From the NCBI GenBank assembly GCA_043770175.1, contig JAYVIO010000332.1:2213-66212 (forward strand): a stretch of 64,000 nt of DNA, given 5' to 3'. Within the stretch, counting starts at the first letter, position 1. Every line of letters begins with the position of its first letter. Below are positions 44,915 to 52,642 of this stretch, piece by piece. The notes below the pieces were generated by a model, which did no database searches, had not been told where the DNA came from, and worked only from the letters and a program-made list of their open reading frames with translations. Both the position numbers and the translations under genes were made by a program. Source of the stretch: Verrucomicrobiales bacterium. GTDB taxonomy: Bacteria; Verrucomicrobiota; Verrucomicrobiia; Verrucomicrobiales; Verrucomicrobiaceae.

Positions 44915-45720
44915 GGCAGTTTCCAAAAAGCATCCGGCTCCGTGAAGGGCCGCGACAGTTCGAAGGATACACAATCCATGTCCAGTTGCACGGGCAGACT
45001 TTCATCCCCGTCCAAATGCAGCCATTCCATCGGCAGTTCGGCAAAGATTTCCGGAAGTTGCTCCCACGCCGCCTTCAGCCGCAACTCCATCCGATCACGA
45101 AAGCCGACCGGCCACTGCTTTAGCATCTCGCCAAACACATGCGAATCAAAGAACCGCGCCCGATTAAACTGCTCGTCAAAAGCCAGATTGAAATCGTAGG
45201 CCCAGAGCATCTCCCGCCGTGGCTGATTCTTGCACAGCGCTCCTTCCTCGTCCCAATCCGGCAGCGCTGGCACTGGAGTCACCAGGAGGTTTGGGTTCCC
45301 ACCCAGCGCCGACAAACTGCGGTCCTCGTTCTGCAACCATAGGTCCAAAAACAGCAGTGTGGCCATCGTTTCCTGCGGCCAGCCTTGAGCGGCGGACCAA
45401 GTCAGTTCCTGCCCGTCTTCGATCCGCATCGAGGCAAACACCAGCCCGGCGCCCAAGTCTTGAATGTCTGTCCGTGCGCTGCCTTCAATCAAAGCCCTTG
45501 GCACCTCCGCCATCGCAAAAATAGGCACCCCAAGAGGAACTCCGCCCAAGATGGAGTTCGCCAGCCGTCCCGCCACCCACTCGCAGCACAACGAACGCCT
45601 TCCCGCATACGCACCTTTGACATAGCAGACCATCCAAGGATCACCGCGACAGACAAACGGCCGCGTCATGCCTTGCTCTGTCCGGCCCAGAATTTCGGTG
45701 ATGGTCAAAACGCTCCTCAT
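44911..45720 (-). CDS. HipA-like (PI3/4-kinase fold) protein kinase
   Basis: GMTRPF, YVKG, CEWVAGRLA, DLWLQNEDR...NPNLL and DFNLAF motifs; paired with DUF3037. Confidence 0.85.
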   Translation of the reverse strand: MRSVLTITEILGRTEQGMTRPFVCRGDPWMVCYVKGAYAGRRSLCCEWVAGRLANSILGGVPLGVPIFAMAEVPRALIEGSARTDIQDLGAGLVFASMRIEDGQELTWSAAQGWPQETMATLLFLDLWLQNEDRSLSALGGNPNLLVTPVPALPDWDEEGALCKNQPRREMLWAYDFNLAFDEQFNRARFFDSHVFGEMLKQWPVGFRDRMELRLKAAWEQLPEIFAELPMEWLHLDGDESLPVQLDMDCVSFELSRPFTEPDAFWKLP

Positions 45721-46592
45721 AAAATCTCGGCAGGGTCAGTCTGGCCGTCTGTAGCATGTGCCGGAGTAGTCGCGAAGACGAAGCGGTGGATGCCGGGGAG
45801 GTCGGGTGCAGTGGTGGCGTTCAAGTAGCCGAGTTCCGTGCAGCGGGTGGCGACAGGCGTGCCTTGGTCGTGGCCGACTTCGAGGGCGATGATGGCGTTT
45901 GAATTCAAGTGCGGCAGGGCGTCGGTGAGGAAGCGTTCGACGATGCGGAGGCCGTCGGGACCGCCGTCGAGGGCAAGGATGGGGTCGCGTTTGACTTCGG
46001 GGCTGAGGCTTTGGATTTCGGCGCTGGGGATGTAGGGAAGGTTGGCGACGATGAGATCGAAGGTGCCGGTGATTTTTTCGTAAAGGTCGCTGCGCAGGAG
46101 CTTGATGTTGGCGCTGAGGCGTGAGGCGTTGAGGCGGGCGAGGTCGAGGGCGTCTTCGCTGATGTCGGCGAGGATGATTTCACTCAAGGGCCAGGCTTTG
46201 GCGAGACTGAGGCCGATGCAGCCGGAGCCGGTGGCCATGTCGAGGACACGGGCGGGCGGGGTGGCGAACTTTTTGAGGATGAGTTCAACAAGGGTTTCGG
46301 TTTCGGGCCGCGGGATGAGGGCGCGGTGGTCGCTGACGAATTCGTGGCCGCAGAACTCGACGGTGCCTAGGAGGTGCTGCAGTGGTTCGCCTTCGCCACG
46401 GCGGCGGAGGAGATCGCGGAGGGTGGTCAACTGGGCCTCGGGGACGGTTTCGTTGAAGCGGAGGTAGAGATCGAGCCGACGGCAGCGAAGGACGTGGGCA
46501 AGGAGGTGCTCCATGTTGAGCCGGGCTTCCTCGATCTGGCGTTTCTCCAGGTAGGCGGTGCCGGACTGGATGATTTCGAGGAGCTGTTTCAT
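45717..46592 (-). CDS. prmC: Release factor glutamine methyltransferase
   Basis: GEPLQHLLG, LIPRPETE, DMATGSGCI, ANLPYI; start trimmed to the ATG at 46592. Confidence 0.95.
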   Translation of the reverse strand: MKQLLEIIQSGTAYLEKRQIEEARLNMEHLLAHVLRCRRLDLYLRFNETVPEAQLTTLRDLLRRRGEGEPLQHLLGTVEFCGHEFVSDHRALIPRPETETLVELILKKFATPPARVLDMATGSGCIGLSLAKAWPLSEIILADISEDALDLARLNASRLSANIKLLRSDLYEKITGTFDLIVANLPYIPSAEIQSLSPEVKRDPILALDGGPDGLRIVERFLTDALPHLNSNAIIALEVGHDQGTPVATRCTELGYLNATTAPDLPGIHRFVFATTPAHATDGQTDPAEIL

Positions 46593-46639
46593 GCGGAGCG
46601 AAGGGCGGAGGGCATAGGGCGATGGGTGGAGCAAGGATC

Positions 46640-46684
46640 GGCACTTGCCAAGTGCCGTGTTCCAAACGGGACTTGGCAAGTCCC
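46640..46684. repeat. REP-like doublet (two inverted 17-nt palindromes)
   Basis: ggcactt-gcc-aagtgcc (46640-46656) and gggactt-ggc-aagtccc (46668-46684). Confidence 0.75.
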
Positions 46685-46713
46685 GCTCCTTGCCCATAAG
46701 GCTTGATTCCTTG

Positions 46714-47304
46714 TCAGGGAGACGCGGATGGCCGGATCAAGCCGGATTCGGTGATGATTTGATGGACGCGCTGGTCGTGGGCTTCGACGGGGATGTGATC
46801 GATGATTTGGAGATCAAAGGCGATTCCGATGCGGCGTGCTTTACAGTATGGGTTCGCGAGGAGACGGTCGTAGTAGCCGCCGCCGCGGCCGAGGCGGGCG
46901 CCGCCGCAGGTGAAGGCGAGACCGGGGACGAGGATGATGTCGAGGGCGGCGATTTCGAGGCGCGGGCAGTGGGGTTTGGGTTCCCAGACGTTCATTTGGC
47001 CGCGTTGGAGGTCGTCGAGTGATTGAATCTGGCGCGGATGGAGTTCGCCAGAGTCGATTTGAAACAATGCCAAGCAAGCTCCTTGAGCATTGAGAGCGGG
47101 GAGGAGATGCGGGAGGAGGTCGGGTTCGTTTCTGAGGCCGCCGAAGAGGGCGATGACCTGGTGTGGCGCGGTTTCGGCATGCTGACGCATGCCGCTACGA
47201 AGGATGTGCTGGGCGATGCGAGCGCTGGCTTGCTGGCGCGTTGATTCGTCGATGGAACGAAGGCGTTCGCGCAGGTGCTGGCGAAGCGTGGGTTTGTCGT
47301 GCAT
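46714..47304 (-). CDS. 5-formyltetrahydrofolate cyclo-ligase
   Basis: ILVPGLAF...RLGRGGGYYDRLL and EAHDQRVHQIITE motifs. Confidence 0.93.
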   Translation of the reverse strand: MHDKPTLRQHLRERLRSIDESTRQQASARIAQHILRSGMRQHAETAPHQVIALFGGLRNEPDLLPHLLPALNAQGACLALFQIDSGELHPRQIQSLDDLQRGQMNVWEPKPHCPRLEIAALDIILVPGLAFTCGGARLGRGGGYYDRLLANPYCKARRIGIAFDLQIIDHIPVEAHDQRVHQIITESGLIRPSASP

Positions 47305-47355
47305 GACGAAAGCGTTTGTGTGACTAGATCGCGGGGGACGAAGCGACGCTTCATC

Positions 47356-47375
47356 GACGGACAGGAGTGTCCGTC
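47356..47375. repeat. REP-like hairpin
   Basis: Perfect 8-bp stem gacggaca-ggag-tgtccgtc in the intergenic gap. Confidence 0.55.
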
Positions 47376-47379
47376 GTAC

Positions 47380-48618
47380 TTACAAGAGTTCGGGTTTTTG
47401 CAGGAGTTCGGCGACGCGTTTGAGGAGGCGTCCGGCACCGCCGCCGTCGAGAACACGATGGTCGAAGCTGAGGGTGAGTTCGGCTTCGGTGACGGGGATG
47501 AATTGCTGCACTTCGTCGCTCCAATGCGGGACTTTGCTGCCGGCACCAAGTCCTAGAACGAGGTTTTGCTCGGGCAGCGGAATGGGCGTGGCCCAGACGA
47601 TGCCGAAGGTGCCGAAGTTGGTGACGGTAGCGATGCCGGGGCGATTGACGTCGTTGGGAAGACGGCGTGCACGGGCCTGCTCGACGAGTTTGTTGTAGGT
47701 AGGCACCAGTTTGACGAGCGGAGTCTTTTCAACTTCGCGCAAGGTGGGAACCATGACGCCGTCATCGACTTCGACGGCGAAGCCGATGTCGATGGCGAGA
47801 GGATGGACGATGCGATTGCCGACGAGGCGTCCGGCGAAGGCGGTGTTTTCAGCAAGGGCGAGAGCTAGGGCACGAATGACGTAGAGCGCGGGGCCGGGTT
47901 TGGGATCGGCTTTTTTGCGATGCGCGAGCAATGCATCGAGCATGACGGGACTGCCGACGGTGGCGAGAGGCCGTGCCCAACTGCGGCGCATGCTGTCTGC
48001 AACGGCGATGCGCATGGGCGATGCGGGCGTCATGCGATGCTGCTCGAGGGCGCGGAGGAAGGCTTCGAAGTCCTCGACGGTGACGCGGCCACCAGCGCCG
48101 GTGCCTGGAACGCCGGCGAGGTCGGAGGCGTTCAAGCCGAGTTCGAGCATGCGGGCGCGCATGCGTGGCGAAATGTAGCTGGCACCGGTGGCACCAGCGG
48201 GCACTGGCAGGCCGCCGACGACGGGTTCGACGGTGGGCTGACGGGTGGAGATGACGTCGTTGTCGCTGATCTTGAAGTGGAGGTTTTCGACTTCTTCGCT
48301 GCTGCTGGTGCTAGTGCGCGGGGCTGGTGAAGCAGGTTTTGGTTCTTCACTGAGGCCGAGAGACTGGGCATCTTCGTCGGTGATTTCAAACGCAGCGAGT
48401 GTGGCACCGACGGCGTAGCTGGTCTGCGTGGTGGCGACGATTTGACCGATAGTGCCAGCGCAAGGCGCGGTGACTGCCATGGTGGCCTTGTTGGTCTCCA
48501 CCTCAAAGAGATCGCAGCCTGCCTCGACGGTGCGCCCCGGCTTGATGAGGATGCGGAGGATGGTGGCTTCGGCGATGGATTCGCCAAGCTGGGGCATCAG
48601 GATGGGGATGGTGGGCAT
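47380..48618 (-). CDS. 2-oxoacid dehydrogenase E2 (dihydrolipoamide acyltransferase)
   Basis: Lipoyl domain (VETNKA), subunit-binding domain (GTGAGGRVTVED), catalytic SFDHRVLDG. Confidence 0.92.
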   Translation of the reverse strand: MPTIPILMPQLGESIAEATILRILIKPGRTVEAGCDLFEVETNKATMAVTAPCAGTIGQIVATTQTSYAVGATLAAFEITDEDAQSLGLSEEPKPASPAPRTSTSSSEEVENLHFKISDNDVISTRQPTVEPVVGGLPVPAGATGASYISPRMRARMLELGLNASDLAGVPGTGAGGRVTVEDFEAFLRALEQHRMTPASPMRIAVADSMRRSWARPLATVGSPVMLDALLAHRKKADPKPGPALYVIRALALALAENTAFAGRLVGNRIVHPLAIDIGFAVEVDDGVMVPTLREVEKTPLVKLVPTYNKLVEQARARRLPNDVNRPGIATVTNFGTFGIVWATPIPLPEQNLVLGLGAGSKVPHWSDEVQQFIPVTEAELTLSFDHRVLDGGGAGRLLKRVAELLQKPELL

Positions 48619-48656
48619 CTCGAGAAGGTTGAATGACGAATGACGGAATGCCAAAT

Positions 48657-49622
48657 TTAATAGCGCAGCAGACGGCGAAGGGCGGCGGCGATGGTGGCGG
48701 TGGTGGGCCGATGCGACTTCCAGAGATTCGGATGATACGGAATCGGGGTGTCCTTGGAGTTTAAGCGCATCGGCGGTGCATCGAGCAAATGAAAGCCTTC
48801 ACTGCTGACACGGGCGATGATTTCGGCAGTGACGCCACCCCAAGGAAAAGCTTCACCCAGGGCAAGCAGACGACCGGTACGAGCGACGGAGGCGAGGATG
48901 GTGTCGGTGTCCATCGGCTTCACTGAGCGGAGATCGACGACTTCGATTTGATAACCGTCGAGCTGGAGTTCCTCGGCGGCACGCAGGGCTTCGTGCACCA
49001 TGGCGCTGTAGGTGACGATGGTGGCATGGCGGCCTGGGCGTGCGATGCGCGCTTTGCCGATAGGCAGGCTGCGCTCGCCGATTTGGTCGGCCTTGAGATG
49101 GTAGTAGAGGAACTTGTGCTCGCAGTAGATGACGGGATCGTTGATCTGAACGCTGTCGAGCAGCATCCAGTAGGCGTCTTCGACGGTGGCAGGCGTGACG
49201 ATGACCAGGCCAGGATAATGCGCGTAGATAGCCTCCATCGACTGGCTGTGAAACGGGCCGCTGCCCGCCGTGCCACCGGAGGGCATGCGAATGGTGATGG
49301 GGCACGGCACGTTGGTGCGCCAGTAAAGCGTGGCGGCCTGGTTGACGATCTGATTGAATCCGACGGAGGAAAAGTCGGCAAACTGCATCTCGATGATGGG
49401 CCGCGCGCCTTCGACAGCGGCACCGACGGCCATGCCGATCATGGCGTCTTCGCTGATGGGAGAATCGAAGACGCGACCGGGGAATTCTTTGCTGAGATTC
49501 TTGGTGGCCTTGAAAGCACCGCCAAAGGTGGCGATATCCTGACCGTAAAGGAATACGGCGGGATCGTGACGCAGAGCTTCGTATTGCGCCTCACGAATGG
49601 CTTCGAGGTAGGTGATGCTCAT
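48657..49622 (-). CDS. 2-oxoacid dehydrogenase E1 beta subunit
   Basis: RVFDSPISE, EMQFADF, GPFHSQS, EVVDLRS. Confidence 0.93.
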   Translation of the reverse strand: MSITYLEAIREAQYEALRHDPAVFLYGQDIATFGGAFKATKNLSKEFPGRVFDSPISEDAMIGMAVGAAVEGARPIIEMQFADFSSVGFNQIVNQAATLYWRTNVPCPITIRMPSGGTAGSGPFHSQSMEAIYAHYPGLVIVTPATVEDAYWMLLDSVQINDPVIYCEHKFLYYHLKADQIGERSLPIGKARIARPGRHATIVTYSAMVHEALRAAEELQLDGYQIEVVDLRSVKPMDTDTILASVARTGRLLALGEAFPWGGVTAEIIARVSSEGFHLLDAPPMRLNSKDTPIPYHPNLWKSHRPTTATIAAALRRLLRY

Positions 49623-50674
49623 GCCTCGTGCTGCCCCTCCACAAGATCAGTGCTGGAAAGGGCCTGCCAGTTTTCTTTGAAGGGGTCAGGGGTGGGCTCT
49701 TTGGACACTTTGGAAAAGGTTTGATCAACGTTGCGACGGACTTCCTCATGCAGATCGCGGATTTCCGCCTCATTCATCCAGTTGTGATCGAGAATGAACC
49801 GCTCGGCGACGGCGAGACAGTCGCGTGCAGCGGGATCTTTGCGTGCTTTGTCCGGAACGTAGGAGGCGTCGTCGTGCTCACCATGACCGGCGAGGCGCAG
49901 CAGCGAGCCCACGATCATCTGCGGCCCACCACCAGAGCGCGCACGAACTGCGGCGGCACGGAAGGCCTTGAGGCAGGCAGCAAGGTCGGTGGCATCCACG
50001 GCCACGCCTTCGACACCATAACCTGCCGCACGATCCACCAAGTTCGCACAGGCGTACTGACGCGTGTTCGGCGTGGAGTAGGCATACTGATTGTTCGCGA
50101 TGCTCACGATAATCGGCAGGCGCTCCACCGCCGCCATGTTCAGGCCTTCATGGAAAGCGCCGGTGGAGGTGCCGCCGTCGCCAATGCTGGTGGCACCGAT
50201 GCTGTCCTTCAATGTTCCCGCCAGACGACGTGCGAACAAAGCACCCGCCACAACTGACAGGAGGCTGCCGAGATGACTGATCATCGCCAGATGGCCTTCC
50301 TTCGGTCGGCCACGATGGATGTTGCCATCGCGGCCGCGCATTGGCCCCGTGACAGCACCTAAATAGGTGCGCACACAGTCGAGAATCGGCTCTCCAAAGG
50401 CGATGCGGCCCGCCTGATCACGAATCAGCGGGCCGTAAACATCCCTGCCCTTGCGCAACTGCACGCCAAGGGCCGCACTGAACGCCTCCTGGCCTTTGCC
50501 AAGGTAAACGCCACCCACAATGCGCCCACCGGCCCGGTAGAGCGATCCGAGCTTTTCCTCCAGCACTCTGGACAGCAGCATGTGCTGGTAGGTGAGGAGG
50601 AATTGATCGCGAAAATCGGCCGTCAGGTCGGTTTCGCTGCATGTGGTCGTTTCGGCGAGAGACACGGAGAGCAC
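49619..50674 (-). CDS. 2-oxoacid dehydrogenase E1 alpha subunit (TPP-dependent)
   Basis: TPP motif GDGGTS...NNQY, GQEA, GHGEHD. Confidence 0.92.
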   Translation of the reverse strand: MLSVSLAETTTCSETDLTADFRDQFLLTYQHMLLSRVLEEKLGSLYRAGGRIVGGVYLGKGQEAFSAALGVQLRKGRDVYGPLIRDQAGRIAFGEPILDCVRTYLGAVTGPMRGRDGNIHRGRPKEGHLAMISHLGSLLSVVAGALFARRLAGTLKDSIGATSIGDGGTSTGAFHEGLNMAAVERLPIIVSIANNQYAYSTPNTRQYACANLVDRAAGYGVEGVAVDATDLAACLKAFRAAAVRARSGGGPQMIVGSLLRLAGHGEHDDASYVPDKARKDPAARDCLAVAERFILDHNWMNEAEIRDLHEEVRRNVDQTFSKVSKEPTPDPFKENWQALSSTDLVEGQHEA

Positions 50675-50702
50675 TAGGTACCAAGCGTGGCAGACTCGTC
50701 AA

Positions 50703-50750
50703 CTTTGGCACCGCAAGGAATCTTGCCAAAGGAGGAATCCTGCCAAAGGA
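50703..50750. promoter_or_regulatory. 17-bp tandem direct repeat plus inverted half-site; candidate operator
   Basis: GGAATC(T/C)TGCCAAAGGA at 50717-50733 and 50734-50750; inverse CTTTGGCA at 50703-50710. Confidence 0.5.
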
Positions 50751-50906
50751 CAAAATTCATGGTGCTGAAGGCACCCAATCTGCTTTAAACGGAGGCCGGG
50801 CCTTTTGAGGATTTTCCCCGCGAGACAAAGACTTTATAATAAATTGTTTGAAATTATGATAATAAAAGGCAGATTTTATAAAGTTACCTAAAATTTTTAG
50901 AAACCT

Positions 50907-51467
50907 ATGGAGTCTCTCATTGCCACCGCCGCCGCCGACCCCGCTTTCGCTGGCTTCCAAGTGCAAAGCTTTGGAAGCCTGCTGCTGCCTGATTATCCGA
51001 TCCGTTTTGGATTTCAGGTGGACATTGTGCCGGCTAACAGTCCGACAAGCATCCTTTTTGGCCTCATCAGCCGCGATCCCGTGAACAGTGGGTCGGCCAA
51101 AACCAGCGGCTTTTGCGTGCGGGTGGACCTGGAAATGCGTGAAGTCTGGGATGTGCTCAATGGCAGCGGCCTCGTTGGCTGGGTGGAACATCCGCTAGGT
51201 CTCGCCGGTTTCAGCGATGAAGAACCCCTGCTGCTCGGCTGGGAAATCGAATACCACGGCCAGGCCTTGATTCCGAAGCTCATCGTCGCCGACCAGCAGT
51301 GGCTCTATCCTGCCATCCAATGCCCCGAACCCATCGTCATCGAAACCATCGTCGGCTGGGCGGGAGAGTGGGAGCAGGATCCACGCGGTATCTTCCTGCA
51401 CCCGGCACTGTGGCGTGAACAGATCCCCGTGACATCATCCCACGAACCGGAAGCCATGGCTGCGTAA
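50907..51467 (+). CDS. Hypothetical protein (186 aa)
   Basis: ORF preceded by an AT-rich promoter-like region; no recognisable motif. Confidence 0.65.
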   Translation: MESLIATAAADPAFAGFQVQSFGSLLLPDYPIRFGFQVDIVPANSPTSILFGLISRDPVNSGSAKTSGFCVRVDLEMREVWDVLNGSGLVGWVEHPLGLAGFSDEEPLLLGWEIEYHGQALIPKLIVADQQWLYPAIQCPEPIVIETIVGWAGEWEQDPRGIFLHPALWREQIPVTSSHEPEAMAA

Positions 51468-51516
51468 CCAAGCTCCGGCTTGAATCTGCCCGCGTCCCCC
51501 GTTAGTGGCTGGGAGC

Positions 51517-52518
51517 ATGAAAAACACGGACAGTCGCATCCTCGTCACCGGCGGAGCCGGATTCATCGGCAGCGCCCTCGTTTGGGAGCTGAACCGCCGT
51601 GGCTGCGAAAACATCGTCGTCTGCGACCGCCTCAGCACCGACGAGAAATGGAAAAACCTCGTCCCGCTCAAATTCGCCGACTACATCGACGGCAACGACC
51701 TCCTCAAGGCTGTGGAGCACGCGCCCGCGAAGCTCGGCCGCTTTGACCACGTCCTCCACCTCGGTGCCTGCTCCGCCACCACCGAACGCGATGCCGATTA
51801 CCTCATGCGGAACAACTACGAGTTCACCAAGCAGCTCTGCCAGTGGTCACTCGCCCATCAAACCCGCTTCGTCTATGCCTCCTCCGCCGCCACCTACGGC
51901 GATGGTGCTCACGGCATGGACGATCAAATGCCTGACATCCACAAGCTGCGCCCGCTGAACATGTACGGCTACTCGAAGCACCTCTTCGACCTCCACGCCA
52001 AACGCGAAGGCTGGCTGCCCAACATCGTCGGTCTCAAGTACTTCAACGTCTATGGCCCCAACGAAGACCACAAGGCCGACATGCGCAGCCTCGTTCATAA
52101 GGCGTGCGGCCAAATCCTCGCCACCGGCAAGGTGCAGCTCTTCAAATCCCATCGACCCGACTACAAACACGGCGAGCAGATGCGTGACTTCCTCTACGTG
52201 AAGGACGCCATCCGCATGACTCTCCACCTCGCGGAAACCGCCAGCGCGGGCGGTCTTTTCAACCTCGGCTCCGGTGAAGCCCACACTTGGGTGGAACTCG
52301 CCACGGCAATCTTCACCGCCCTTGGCAAGGAGCCAAACATCGAGTTCATCGACATGCCCGAAGCCCTCCAATCGAAGTACCAATACTACACCTGCGCCGA
52401 CATCGCCAAACTGCGCTCCTCCGGCTTCCAGACCGAAATCACCCCGCTTGCCGAAGCCGTACGTGATTATGTGCAGGGCTACCTCGTTCCGAATCGCAGG
52501 CTGGGAGACGAAGCTTGA
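51517..52518 (+). CDS. hldD: ADP-L-glycero-D-manno-heptose 6-epimerase
   Basis: VTGGAGFIGS, YASSAATYG, PLNMYGYSK, KYFNVYGPNE, RDFLYV. Confidence 0.93.
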   Translation: MKNTDSRILVTGGAGFIGSALVWELNRRGCENIVVCDRLSTDEKWKNLVPLKFADYIDGNDLLKAVEHAPAKLGRFDHVLHLGACSATTERDADYLMRNNYEFTKQLCQWSLAHQTRFVYASSAATYGDGAHGMDDQMPDIHKLRPLNMYGYSKHLFDLHAKREGWLPNIVGLKYFNVYGPNEDHKADMRSLVHKACGQILATGKVQLFKSHRPDYKHGEQMRDFLYVKDAIRMTLHLAETASAGGLFNLGSGEAHTWVELATAIFTALGKEPNIEFIDMPEALQSKYQYYTCADIAKLRSSGFQTEITPLAEAVRDYVQGYLVPNRRLGDEA

Positions 52519-52534
52519 GCCTCCGTCATGGAGC

Positions 52535-52550
52535 GCCGACGTTCGTCGGC
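52535..52550. repeat. REP-like hairpin
   Basis: gccgac-gttc-gtcggc directly after the hldD stop. Confidence 0.4.
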
Positions 52551-52642
52551 CCTCCCCAACACCGCTCGGTGCCGCACATGCTCCTTGCTAATCCCAGCGC
52601 CATTTCGTAACACTGGCGCGCAATTCACCGCCGCCTTCTCCC

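Noticed and set aside
47305-47379. 6S RNA, often found upstream of the 5-formyl-THF cyclo-ligase gene
   Set aside because: The gap is only ~75 nt, too short for a ~180-nt 6S RNA; it contains just a small REP-like hairpin.
50703-50750. Sigma54 promoter in the TGGCA/TGCCA repeats
   Set aside because: GG-to-GC spacing is 11 nt on the minus strand rather than the required 10, and there is no match on the plus strand.
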